Source: Gammaproteobacteria bacterium (GTDB lineage: Bacteria; Pseudomonadota; Gammaproteobacteria; UBA4575). Taken from it: a DNA stretch of 64,000 nt. A program made the position numbers and the translations under genes. Location of the stretch: the NCBI GenBank assembly GCA_965221955.1, contig CBDCTA010000028.1, positions 64,001-128,000 of the forward strand. Direction: 5' to 3'. Shown one piece after another: positions 20,431 to 29,922 of this stretch (the stretch's first letter is position 1; every line of letters begins with the position of its first letter). The notes beneath the pieces were generated by a model. It saw only the letters and a program-made list of their open reading frames with translations. It did no database searches and was not told the origin of the DNA.

Positions 20431-21634
20431 GCTTACGCTGTATACTTTGGTCTAAAAGATTGCGTAACTGTGACTTGCCCAATTCATCCGAAGAAAAATG
20501 CTTTAATAAAGCACTACTGCCTTTCTTCTGCAGCTCATCTAAACTTGGCCCTACAAAACAACAATGCGATTGACTGGTTTCATAGATTTGTAATTCCGTT
20601 AAACCAGGAAGATATTCAATAAGCCTCTCCCAAATAAAAATGCTTAATAGTTCTGTACTAGAGCGCCAAGATAGCTCAGCAGATACATAGTTAAGATTAT
20701 GATGGTCTAGTTGCTCAATAATTTTTTCCTTCGCAATGCGTTTTAAATATCCATAATCCAGCACAAACCCAGTCAAAGGATCAATTTGATCTTTGACTTT
20801 CACGTTCATAGTGTATCTACCACCATGAAGATTTACACATTTATCTGGATGATCCGTTATAAAGTGCGCTGAATCAAATACTAGCTCTTTGGACACGAGT
20901 GCTTGTTCGTATTGCCCAAAAAACCGCTCTGATGCACTAGGAATATCTTTTAAGTACTCATCCAAAAGCACTAACAAACGCGTTGTGTCTTCTAATGTCT
21001 CGCAACGCATTAACTGTCCAGTCTGATGCTCGGATGCTAACAGTGCTTTTAAACGAACTTGATGATTGCTTGCCAATTCTTTCTCAATGCGTTCAGCGTC
21101 CTCTTTATTTGGGAAGTCAATAAACAAATAAGCTGAGTGTAATTCACCTACATGCGCAATCAATACGGCTAATTGTTGTAAAAACGATGTGCTCGAGCTC
21201 GATATAATCCTGGGAGGAAGAAATACGGTTGGAATTTTTAGAGTATTTCTAGCTATCACTCGATGACTATCATTCTCATAAAAGTATTCTTGTTTGAATT
21301 GAAAACCCATCGATTGCAATACATTTTGGTACCACAATAATTGTTCTAATCTACGAACACCTAAAGCAATATAGGTAAAATCACCTTCTTGTTGAATCGC
21401 ATCCGCCATATATAAGCCATTCAATAAGTCTTGTGCTTGTGAACTAGGGGGTAAGCTTGGCTTAGCATATGCTGCAACATCATCTTGCTGATTAATTTGA
21501 TCAGAATTTAAAAGCAAGTCTAACGGCATATGATGACGTAAGGCATACTCTTGCAAGGTTAAACCACAACAAGCATATAAATGCTCATTGCTAATTTGGT
21601 TACCAAGCTCTTTGCCGCATTCCCTACATTGCAT
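20414..21634 (-). CDS. Multidomain protein: N-terminal Zn finger, LAGLIDADG-like middle region, C-terminal QueD/6-pyruvoyl-tetrahydropterin synthase-like domain
   Basis: CRECGK..HLYACCGLTLQEY; LNGLYMADA and LAVLIAHVG helices; FDSAH..KCVNLHG, GFVLDY, LDHHNLN, STE, YET. The QueD domain is confident, the N-terminal calls are tentative. Confidence 0.75.
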   Translation of the reverse strand: MQCRECGKELGNQISNEHLYACCGLTLQEYALRHHMPLDLLLNSDQINQQDDVAAYAKPSLPPSSQAQDLLNGLYMADAIQQEGDFTYIALGVRRLEQLLWYQNVLQSMGFQFKQEYFYENDSHRVIARNTLKIPTVFLPPRIISSSSTSFLQQLAVLIAHVGELHSAYLFIDFPNKEDAERIEKELASNHQVRLKALLASEHQTGQLMRCETLEDTTRLLVLLDEYLKDIPSASERFFGQYEQALVSKELVFDSAHFITDHPDKCVNLHGGRYTMNVKVKDQIDPLTGFVLDYGYLKRIAKEKIIEQLDHHNLNYVSAELSWRSSTELLSIFIWERLIEYLPGLTELQIYETSQSHCCFVGPSLDELQKKGSSALLKHFSSDELGKSQLRNLLDQSIQRKLKVIG

Positions 21635-21688
21635 GTTGCTATTACATCCAGGTTAGATCTTGTACATTATAGAGAAAAACACACGTGC

Positions 21689-21720
21689 AAAAAAATGCCC
21701 CGAACATATGTCGGGGCATT
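21689..21720 (-). terminator. Intrinsic terminator after fae
   Basis: 10-bp stem AATGCCCCGA/TCGGGGCATT with a T-run on the minus strand. Confidence 0.85.
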
Positions 21721-21745
21721 CTTATACTTTGCTTTAAAAAGTAGC

Positions 21746-22273
21746 TTAGAAACCTTTGAATGGGTGCTCTGCGCTGTCTTTTTGTGCAACAACAGTTGAA
21801 GCTTTTGGCTCGTCCTTAACAGCACGCTCTAATGCTTCTTTAGTTGCTTTGTAGTTATTTTCATAGATAGCTTCGTTGCTCTTGGCTTCCCAGTGAATGA
21901 AAACACCAACACAAACGTATACATCATCCGCTTCATCAGCTGGAATGGTGCCATCTTCAACACTATCCGCAACCGCTTTAGCAACCGCTGCTTGAGCTGG
22001 ACCAAACATTTGAACCGCTTGCTCAGCACCTTTGATGGTCACTTTATTGAACATCATAGTGTTAGGCTTACAAGGTAGATTTGGTGCAATTACAGCTAAT
22101 AAAGTTGAAAAGCCATCCTTGTTGTTCACCAAGCCATTACAAAAAGCAGTTTCAACAGCAGAACCACGAGGACCAACTAGTAAGTCGATATGCGCAATTT
22201 CTGCCATAGTGCCGGAAGGATCGTTATCATTAACGAGTGACTCTCCGACCATTACTTTATTAATTAATGCCAT
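21746..22273 (-). CDS. fae: Formaldehyde-activating enzyme
   Basis: [39 protein letters not shown]; SD AGGAG. Confidence 0.96.
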   Translation of the reverse strand: MALINKVMVGESLVNDNDPSGTMAEIAHIDLLVGPRGSAVETAFCNGLVNNKDGFSTLLAVIAPNLPCKPNTMMFNKVTIKGAEQAVQMFGPAQAAVAKAVADSVEDGTIPADEADDVYVCVGVFIHWEAKSNEAIYENNYKATKEALERAVKDEPKASTVVAQKDSAEHPFKGF

Positions 22274-22408
22274 TATTATTCTCCTAAATTATATTTCTAA
22301 TTTGTCGACAAACTACAAGCTCGGCATCAAATGCTTCACTTGCAAATCCACCTTGGAAAACCGTAGACAACGTCTGGGGCCTACTGCTGTTTCACTTCTA
22401 GTCCAAGC

Positions 22409-23245
22409 TTAACTTAGACCAGCTGCGAAAATGCTAGCTGCAGTGAGATCCGCTGTGGTTCCCGGGTTGATTAGGTCATACTTGAGTTGGCGGTCAATTT
22501 CTAATAATTGTGCCTCGTACCTACCCGGTGAGTCCGAACGGCAGAGCTCCATCTCAAGATCGGAGATCATATCACTAATTTCTCTAGCTTTTAACTGCCC
22601 ATACTTGCGTTCAATTAAACTATCTGGGTAATGAGCCAAAAAGGCTAAAAACAAACCAGTAACTGCCCATTTTTCTTCTTCCCACTTGGCAAGCAGATTT
22701 CGATAGCGGCCTATTCCAAAACTGAAAATATCTTCAAAATTGGTCGCATATTGAGCAGCAATTAGATCCCTATCTGCAGCAATTTCCATTGTATTTAAAA
22801 GAGTTACGTTAGGTTCTTCAGATATATCTTGATTATCTTGCTCCCCCATTCCGCCCGGATTCGCCAATCGAATGGCGCTGTAAACATCATGCGCATCCTG
22901 AACCGAAGTTAGTTGCAAAACTTCCTGCAGACTTTGTTGAATTTTAGTTACATCTTTTGCTGCATATCTAGCATGAATGAGTGGTGCGATTAGTAATACC
23001 ATGCCTAAATTAGTATTCGTGTTTACCGCTTCTTGAGTCGCCTCTACAGCCTGCAAAATACGCTTTCCGAGTGTGATATTAGGCTGCGTAATCGGAGCTG
23101 CACTGACCTCAGCGCTGTTCAAAAAATCATCAACACGGAGGTCTTTCGCTTCTGAATATACACTGATGTTTCCAGGCTTGAGTGACTGAACATCTAAATT
23201 GCATACATGAAGATACAAAATAGTCAGTTCTTCCTGAAGAGTCAT
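22409..23245 (-). CDS. CitG-like triphosphoribosyl-dephospho-CoA synthase family protein (Orf7)
   Basis: KPGNI, NTNLG, AIRLANPGGMG, PDSLIERK, NPGTTADL. Confidence 0.87.
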   Translation of the reverse strand: MTLQEELTILYLHVCNLDVQSLKPGNISVYSEAKDLRVDDFLNSAEVSAAPITQPNITLGKRILQAVEATQEAVNTNTNLGMVLLIAPLIHARYAAKDVTKIQQSLQEVLQLTSVQDAHDVYSAIRLANPGGMGEQDNQDISEEPNVTLLNTMEIAADRDLIAAQYATNFEDIFSFGIGRYRNLLAKWEEEKWAVTGLFLAFLAHYPDSLIERKYGQLKAREISDMISDLEMELCRSDSPGRYEAQLLEIDRQLKYDLINPGTTADLTAASIFAAGLS

Positions 23246-23300
23246 AGTATTCGTTTGAATTTTCGAGTTGCGCCAAAAATCATTGAAAAAACTTATTCAA

Positions 23301-24533
23301 CTAGTTTTGAGAAAAAGCTAACACTTTCTTGATGGTAAGTCCTTGCACAAGAATTGAGAAAACTACAACAAAGTAAGTAATCACCAGCAAAGGTTCCCTT
23401 GCAGGCACAGCAGGGATAGAAAGTGCTAAAGCCACTGAAATGCCACCACGCAGCCCACCCCAAGTCAGAATAGTCACTGCATAAGGACTGAAAGTTCTAA
23501 ATTTTTTCATAATTTGTACAGGAATACCCACACAAATCCACCTGGATAACAAAACGATAGGAATAGCAACCAAGCCCGCTATCATAAATTGATTGGTAAA
23601 CGTTAAGATTAATAACTCCACACCAATTAATAAAAATAAGATCGCATTTAGAATCTCATCAATGAGCTCCCAAAAATCATCTAAGCGCTCACGTGTATTA
23701 TCTGACATCGCCAAAGTTCGGCCTTGGTTCCCAATGAATAAACCCGCGACTACAATGGCAATCGGTGCAGAGATGTGAATTGACTCCGCAAACGTATAAC
23801 CACCCGAAACTAATGCCAAGGTGATTAATGCTTCAACTTGATAATTATCAACCCCACGGAGCATGAAAAAACCTAGCAAACCTAACCCCAGACCAAAAAA
23901 CACGCCTCCCAATGCTTCAACAGCAAACAAATTAATTACATGCAACGCAGTCACCTCATCACCACCGGTTGCAATGCCTAATAGCACTAAGAAAACCACA
24001 ACGCCTACACCGTCATTAAACAATGATTCACCAGCAATTTTTGTCTCCAGCGTTTTTGGCGCACCTACTATTTTTAAAATACCCATCACTGCAATAGGAT
24101 CAGTTGGTGAAATTAATGCACCAAACACCAAACAATAAATATACGCAACCGGTATTCCTAACCATTGCATCACGTAATACATGATCGTTCCTATAATAAA
24201 AGTAGAACTAATCACACCCACTGTAGCGAGCGTTCCTATCACCCATTTTTGCTCGCGTAGATCATTTAAATTTACATGTAATGCACCCGCAAAAAGTAAA
24301 AAGCTTAACATTCCATGCAAAAGCGCTTCATTAAAATCAATACTTTTAACCAGCGCTGTCGCTTGTTCATCGAGTGAAATTCCAAATTCACCAAACAAAA
24401 TCAACGCAAGAGAAAACAACAAACTCAACAACATAATGCCAATAGTTGTTGGCAGTTTTATATATTTATAATTGATATATGCGAAGACTGCAGCTAAGCA
24501 GAGCAATAATGATACAATTTCAAATAAACTCAA
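23301..24533 (-). CDS. Na+/H+ antiporter (CPA1/NhaP family)
   Basis: FGALISPTDPIAV, GESLFNDG, WGGLRG; likely TTG start at 24533 overlapping the orf5 stop. Confidence 0.92.
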   Translation of the reverse strand: MSLFEIVSLLLCLAAVFAYINYKYIKLPTTIGIMLLSLLFSLALILFGEFGISLDEQATALVKSIDFNEALLHGMLSFLLFAGALHVNLNDLREQKWVIGTLATVGVISSTFIIGTIMYYVMQWLGIPVAYIYCLVFGALISPTDPIAVMGILKIVGAPKTLETKIAGESLFNDGVGVVVFLVLLGIATGGDEVTALHVINLFAVEALGGVFFGLGLGLLGFFMLRGVDNYQVEALITLALVSGGYTFAESIHISAPIAIVVAGLFIGNQGRTLAMSDNTRERLDDFWELIDEILNAILFLLIGVELLILTFTNQFMIAGLVAIPIVLLSRWICVGIPVQIMKKFRTFSPYAVTILTWGGLRGGISVALALSIPAVPAREPLLVITYFVVVFSILVQGLTIKKVLAFSQN

Positions 24534-25462
24534 CTTGCTACCGTTATTTTGGTTTGTTCTTGCATACAAGAAATAAAGTTATCGACAAGTTGATCAGCCA
24601 CAACGAGATTATTCACACTCTGCAAACCTTTCCAAGCTGGAATACTATTTACCTCAGTCACCCATAGTTTACCTTCTACGTCCTGCATAAGATCTACTCC
24701 AGCATAAAACATATTTACTGCTTGCACCGCATCTTTAGCAATCTTAGTAAACTGGTCATTTACAACTGCTGAAAAGCATTTCCCACCATTGGCTACATTA
24801 CTAATCCAATCAACCCCTTCTCTTTTCATTGCAGCCACCACTTGGTCGCCTATTACAAATACTCTCCAATCAAAAGCGTTTTCTTGCTCGGTTTGCCTGC
24901 TTGTTTGAATGAATCGTTGTAAATAATAAATCTTGTTATAAACCGTAAAATTCGTAATATCTTCCGCTTGACTAATCAGTTGCAGATTTTTGCCTTGTGA
25001 CCCAAATAAAGGCTTCGCGACCACTTTATTCCCCATTGCAAGCTCACGACGCACAAATGAGTAAGCTTGATGTACATCATTTCCAACCCATGTAGGTGGT
25101 GTAGCGATGCCTGCATGGTCCAACAAAAAACTTGTCATCCCTTTATCAACACTGCGCTCAATCGCTCTCACATTGTTGTAAACAAGAATTTTTAACTCCT
25201 GTAATGCATGCAATACATCAAGATAAAAAACAACCTCTTCTAACGTACCACCGGGAACACCACGCACAAATACACCATCCGGCAAGGCATCTTCAAAACC
25301 CGGAATGTGTAAGCTTTTATTTTTGCCTTCGCTATTGCTAAATTGAAAGTAACAATCCGTTAATGAAACATTTGTACACTTGTACCCCTTACGTTCAAAT
25401 GCTTCATGCAATTCTTTGCCATGCCAACCGGGGTCGTCGGTAATGATCGCTATATGACTCAT
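24530..25462 (-). CDS. RimK-family alpha-L-glutamate ligase (Orf5, MptN-like)
   Basis: GWHG, VRGVPGGTLE, VDKGMTS, KPLFGSQG, EVNSIPAW; start moved to MSHIAII at 25462. Confidence 0.88.
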   Translation of the reverse strand: MSHIAIITDDPGWHGKELHEAFERKGYKCTNVSLTDCYFQFSNSEGKNKSLHIPGFEDALPDGVFVRGVPGGTLEEVVFYLDVLHALQELKILVYNNVRAIERSVDKGMTSFLLDHAGIATPPTWVGNDVHQAYSFVRRELAMGNKVVAKPLFGSQGKNLQLISQAEDITNFTVYNKIYYLQRFIQTSRQTEQENAFDWRVFVIGDQVVAAMKREGVDWISNVANGGKCFSAVVNDQFTKIAKDAVQAVNMFYAGVDLMQDVEGKLWVTEVNSIPAWKGLQSVNNLVVADQLVDNFISCMQEQTKITVAS

Positions 25463-25475
25463 AATTCTAAATAAA

Positions 25476-25655
25476 AGAAGTTCTGATTTATTAGTGAAGC
25501 GCTGGCCAGTTTTTGCTCCTGCAAAACTGGCATACAATACTTCCATGCATATAACGCTAGGCAAAAAATGTCGAGGAGAACGATGTGTATTAATTTATAC
25601 ATGGGTGATTCCGAGATCATTTTTTAACAACGCATCTGAATAAATCATAGCTTCT
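25476..25655. repeat. Palindromic MITE/RPE-like element, copy A, with nested hairpin insert
   Basis: Terminal inverted repeats AGAAGTTCTGATTTATT / AATAAATCATAGCTTCT (15/17); internal hairpin 25505-25531; similar to 58026-58147. Confidence 0.7.
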
Positions 25656-25658
25656 TGT

Positions 25659-26603
25659 TTATGAGAATGATTTGTTTAGCAACGCAGGATCTAACTCCCC
25701 ACCACGGAAAGTATTACCACTTTCCACAGCAGTCACCATGACAGAAGCAGGACTAAACAGCATCGGGTCTACTTTAAAAAAGTCATACTCATAATCTTTA
25801 AAAATTTGCGCAAAAGGCTTTCCATAATCCCGTGAAGAACTAGAAGGTAACTCATTAGCAAGCTTTTCGGCTGCAACATCATCTCCTTTCACAAACAACT
25901 GCACCCTACCCGCAAACAAAATAGCATCATTAGTACGTCCCATGGCCTTCACAAAATCTGGAATCGGCGGAGATAAAGGTGCACTTGCTGAACCATCCAG
26001 TACATGATCAAGTGGAAAATGTAATTCATGTGTTTTATGCATTGCCACTTCTAGTACACGCGCCACTACTTGCATACAGCCTGCGATTGAACTCGTCGGC
26101 GTTAAAATAAAAGTAATTGCGCTAGGCTCTAATTTACAAGTTTCAGCCACTTTATCCACCAGCTCTATGGGCGGCAACTGATCGACTTCCAATACAAACA
26201 CCGCACTATCACAGCTATCTTTATAGCCTAACTCTTCAAATAACGGCTCTTTTAATGCTATAGCACGCCCAGGACCTGAACCTAAAGCATGAAACTTTTC
26301 ATGCGACAAACTCCAACCAGCATACTGACTCGCCAAGCAAGCTAAAACAGGATGCGATGTATGCACATGCAAAGAGAGCGGCCATTCATCCACTGCAGAG
26401 GCATGATATAGATTGACCGTACCTAAACCTCCCATGCAGATCTCGCCAATTATTCTTCCGGCTTCTAAACCACCAACACAATCGATTCCAGCGTCAATAT
26501 AATTCGCTCCGTTAGAAAACGTGCCTACTTTTATACGCAAAGCTTCACTTTTAGTAACTAGCTCTTGCACTAATGGTTTGGCTAGTTCATTTACACTGAT
26601 CAT
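25659..26603 (-). CDS. mch: Methenyl-H4MPT cyclohydrolase
   Basis: [50 protein letters not shown]. Confidence 0.96.
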   Translation of the reverse strand: MISVNELAKPLVQELVTKSEALRIKVGTFSNGANYIDAGIDCVGGLEAGRIIGEICMGGLGTVNLYHASAVDEWPLSLHVHTSHPVLACLASQYAGWSLSHEKFHALGSGPGRAIALKEPLFEELGYKDSCDSAVFVLEVDQLPPIELVDKVAETCKLEPSAITFILTPTSSIAGCMQVVARVLEVAMHKTHELHFPLDHVLDGSASAPLSPPIPDFVKAMGRTNDAILFAGRVQLFVKGDDVAAEKLANELPSSSSRDYGKPFAQIFKDYEYDFFKVDPMLFSPASVMVTAVESGNTFRGGELDPALLNKSFS

Positions 26604-26625
26604 CTGGACTCCCTTTTAAAATTTT

Positions 26626-27735
26626 TTATTGAATTAATTTACTAATAATAGATTGCTTACGTGTTTTTATCATCTCACTCACTTGAGCACTATTCTTAGC
26701 GCCCGCAAAAACACTACATATTGGTTCGTATTGCAGAATCTGCTCACCATCGTGTGGGCGATCTGCTGTCCAAAGCGGCCATGACATGCTTTCTGGAATC
26801 TGTACGTCGTGTGGCGCATAGACAATTGCGTGTGCGCGCAACATAACTGGCCTTTTTTCTATGGGTAATGCTCGGCTTTTACAAACCTCGATATGCTCAC
26901 CCAGTAACTCACCGGACTTAGTTTCATAGAGTTCATAGGTAGCAGGAATTCGCGGGTTTATTTCCAATACATTGATCGAGTGACCATTGAAAATAAAATC
27001 GATACTGTTTAGGCCAATGAGCTTGAACTCTTTCGTTATAGTTTCTGTGTAATGCTGTGCAGATGCTAATACATCATTATTTAATTTTACTTGATTAATT
27101 GCACCCGCATAAACATATGGCATATTCTCGTTTAATGCTTCAGCCCAAAGTGTGTTAAAACCCAAAACAACTATTTCATTTGCATTAGCAAGAAAAGTTA
27201 CAGAAAAAGTTATACCCGATATTTTTTTCTGCAAATAGCAGCTTGCAAACGAATCACCTTTTTCCAAAAACGGGCTTACACCCACCCCACCGGTAGTGCT
27301 CTGCTCTTTTGCTAACCAAGTGTCACGATCAGAAACTGTGTCTTCAAAACTTACCTCAGGATAAGGAATAGAATGTTGATCTAGTTTTGTAAAAAATGTA
27401 GCCGGACTTTTACAATCATTCAAAGTTTGCCATGAGTTTCCATACACCGGTTCAATATTAAGCTTCTTTAATAAGTCAAAATTGGTTTCAATGGCAGCAT
27501 CGTAAAACAAACCATCATAGGAATATTCATTTGGCAATTCACTAATAGCTTGTAAAACTTCCGTTTCATCTAAACCATGGCGTGTACGTTTTACTTTTAT
27601 ACATACTTTAGTTGCTGCTAAAGTATCCAGGTCAGCAAACCCATCAATTACCGCACAGGAATGTCCAAGCGCCTTTAACCCCTGTGCGATTGCACGACCC
27701 GAAGTAGCAATTACGAGAAAAATAGACTTATAAAT
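26626..27735 (-). CDS. ATP-grasp protein OrfY; conserved N-terminus extends to a probable ATT start (27735 or 27723)
   Basis: GLNSIDF..LEINPR in the tracked ORF; upstream in-frame FLVIATSGRAIAQ..AVIDGFADLDT is open to a TAG at 27739-27741. Confidence 0.78.
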   Translation of the reverse strand: MYKSIFLVIATSGRAIAQGLKALGHSCAVIDGFADLDTLAATKVCIKVKRTRHGLDETEVLQAISELPNEYSYDGLFYDAAIETNFDLLKKLNIEPVYGNSWQTLNDCKSPATFFTKLDQHSIPYPEVSFEDTVSDRDTWLAKEQSTTGGVGVSPFLEKGDSFASCYLQKKISGITFSVTFLANANEIVVLGFNTLWAEALNENMPYVYAGAINQVKLNNDVLASAQHYTETITKEFKLIGLNSIDFIFNGHSINVLEINPRIPATYELYETKSGELLGEHIEVCKSRALPIEKRPVMLRAHAIVYAPHDVQIPESMSWPLWTADRPHDGEQILQYEPICSVFAGAKNSAQVSEMIKTRKQSIISKLIQ

Positions 27736-27773
27736 ACTCTAATTGATCTTAATAATTGCAAAACACGCAACTT

Positions 27774-28670
27774 CTATTCGTTAACGACTTCTCTGGCAAT
27801 TTCAAATGCGCGCTCAAAGTGAAGATAGATAGGCTCATCTCGGTCATGCATTTCTTGCAGCATTCTATGCTGAGTTTGGTATTTCACATTTCCAATCGCT
27901 AATGCACCAATACCAAAAGCATTTTTAGAATCTTTAATCGGCTCGCATGCACCCATTAGATCTAAACCATAAATACCAGAAGGTGGAACCGCATTTACAT
28001 CTGCGGCCACTTTTAAGTTATCTGCAACTTTAATATGCTCTTCAGTAATTACTTGAATACCAGCTGCTGCACAAGCAAGTACTACATCTGCCATCTGCAC
28101 AATGCCATCAATCATGTCATTCGCTTCACCTTTAATTCCCGTAAGGTCTGCACCATACTCTGTACACATTGCCGCAACGCGCTGTGACTTATCTTTTTTA
28201 CGTCCGAGAATACTTACTTCTGCGCCAGCTTTTGCTGCTAACACCGCAGCAGTAGAACCCACAGGCCCGGTACCACCCATCACGATGACCGTTTTGTCTT
28301 TTAAATCCGTATCGTGTTTCTCTTTAAGTGCATGCTCAACACTAGCAACCATACCTGCAGCGGTAGTGAATGCACCACTAGGATCAGCAAAACAAGAAAC
28401 TTGGAATGGAGGCACCATAGACTCTTGAACAATCTCCATCATGTCCATCGCCATATGCATATCACGACCTCCTAAGAATAAACCAGATCGTTTAGCTCCT
28501 GAGGGTCCACGTGAAAAGATAGCATCCTGCACTAATGCCTGTACTTCATCTTTTTCCACGTTTGTATAACCAATTGCATTATCCCAGCCCGCATCGAGCG
28601 CCATATTCACATCGAATGGGCTCAAATTTTTTGCAGGGGTAATCATATGAAGGATGTATGGCTTTTCCAT
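27774..28670 (-). CDS. mtdB: NAD(P)-dependent methylene-H4MPT dehydrogenase
   Basis: LHMITP..NLSPFDVNMALDAG, QDAIFSRGP, DPSGAFTTAA, GGTGPVG, DVNAVPP. Confidence 0.92.
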   Translation of the reverse strand: MEKPYILHMITPAKNLSPFDVNMALDAGWDNAIGYTNVEKDEVQALVQDAIFSRGPSGAKRSGLFLGGRDMHMAMDMMEIVQESMVPPFQVSCFADPSGAFTTAAGMVASVEHALKEKHDTDLKDKTVIVMGGTGPVGSTAAVLAAKAGAEVSILGRKKDKSQRVAAMCTEYGADLTGIKGEANDMIDGIVQMADVVLACAAAGIQVITEEHIKVADNLKVAADVNAVPPSGIYGLDLMGACEPIKDSKNAFGIGALAIGNVKYQTQHRMLQEMHDRDEPIYLHFERAFEIAREVVNE

Positions 28671-28774
28671 TTTTCTCTCTCTACTTGAAAATTTTAATTA
28701 ATAAAAATTATTTAATACCTTACCGACGCATAGCATAAGTATGCATATGCATCATAATTCTTCGTTTGAATGGT

Positions 28775-29779
28775 TTAGGATCTACGAGTTTTGGAAAAAG
28801 AAGTAGAAGCGTCTTGCTCGAACTCCTTTTCTAATATCAGTGCCCCAGTATTTCTTCCTGAAACAATCTTAAAATTAAGATCTTTATTATTTTCAAACTT
28901 AGATTGTAATTTTCGCAACATGCTATGAGCTTGAGTCTCACTATCTACAAATGCAAACCCTGTTGGGCCCCAGGAGCTTTGACCAACACCCTTTACACCC
29001 AATGATTCCAGATACGCATTTGCCGCTGCTACGGACGGGCTAGTATACCGTCCTCCTTGAGCAGACGCGAAATATTCGCCAATACATCTTTGTAATTCAT
29101 ATATACCCTGATTAAATACATCAATATTCTGCTCGCTTAAGGCAGGAAGAATCTGCATCAGCACCAAACGGCATAAATCTGCTGCAGTTTGTGCCGAGAA
29201 CCCAGGCAAGGCTGCAAAGGATGCAGCTTCATCTTGACCATGAAGCCCACGCTGTGCCCTATCAAAAATCAAAATCACGCGCCAATTGGATGGAAATGCG
29301 ATTCGCGAAATGATTGGCGGCACATTACTGTCGGAATTCCGACCCGCATCCACTAAAAATCCACCACGATCAAACGCCCCAATTCCAATTCCTGACCTTG
29401 CGCCACGATGTAAGAGCACCGCAATTTCAGCACTGGTGCAATCTAATTGATAAAGCTTTGAAATAGCCGTGCCAACTGCAATCGCCAATTGTGTACCCGA
29501 ACCTAAGCCCGAATGATCCAAGATTTGCTCAACCACTTGGATTTCGCAAGCACCTGCCAAACCTTTATAGGTAATAAATTGCTCTGCATACTTTTGAATA
29601 CGACCAGAAGGATCTCCAACCACGTTTAGTTGCTCAGAAGGTCGTGCAATAATTTTTGTTGCGATTTCATCAAGCGTTAGCCCTACACTGCCAAACCGTC
29701 TACCCAGCCCTCCTTCTAAGTCCAAAAAACCAAGGTGTAATCGCGCCGGCGCTTCTATATATACGGGTGAAGAATCCAT
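28775..29779 (-). CDS. mptG: Beta-ribofuranosylaminobenzene 5'-phosphate synthase (GHMP family, Orf4)
   Basis: APARLHLGFLD, HSGLGSGTQ, RGARSGIG, GQSSWGPT. Confidence 0.92.
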   Translation of the reverse strand: MDSSPVYIEAPARLHLGFLDLEGGLGRRFGSVGLTLDEIATKIIARPSEQLNVVGDPSGRIQKYAEQFITYKGLAGACEIQVVEQILDHSGLGSGTQLAIAVGTAISKLYQLDCTSAEIAVLLHRGARSGIGIGAFDRGGFLVDAGRNSDSNVPPIISRIAFPSNWRVILIFDRAQRGLHGQDEAASFAALPGFSAQTAADLCRLVLMQILPALSEQNIDVFNQGIYELQRCIGEYFASAQGGRYTSPSVAAANAYLESLGVKGVGQSSWGPTGFAFVDSETQAHSMLRKLQSKFENNKDLNFKIVSGRNTGALILEKEFEQDASTSFSKTRRS

Positions 29780-29847
29780 AACTGAATTCTATTCGATTCT
29801 GAGCAAAAAAGGACTAGCTATTTAATCTGAACCAAAACCTGGATACA

Positions 29848-29887
29848 TAAAAAAAACAGGCGCAATCGATAGATTAACGCCTGTTTT
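29848..29887 (-). terminator. Intrinsic terminator
   Basis: Stem AAAACAGGCG/CGCCTGTTTT with a long T-run on the minus strand, downstream of the 29923-30267 gene. Confidence 0.78.
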
Positions 29888-29922
29888 GACAGATTACTTA
29901 CCAGATAAGCATTTAAAATCGA

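Noticed and set aside
20900-21634. Intein in the QueD fusion
   Set aside because: No His-Asn/Cys-Ser-Thr splice junction is visible before the QueD domain, and the early Cys belongs to a CxxC motif.
25463-25564. 34-aa N-terminal extension of orf5
   Set aside because: Falls inside the palindromic element; the conserved start is at 25462.
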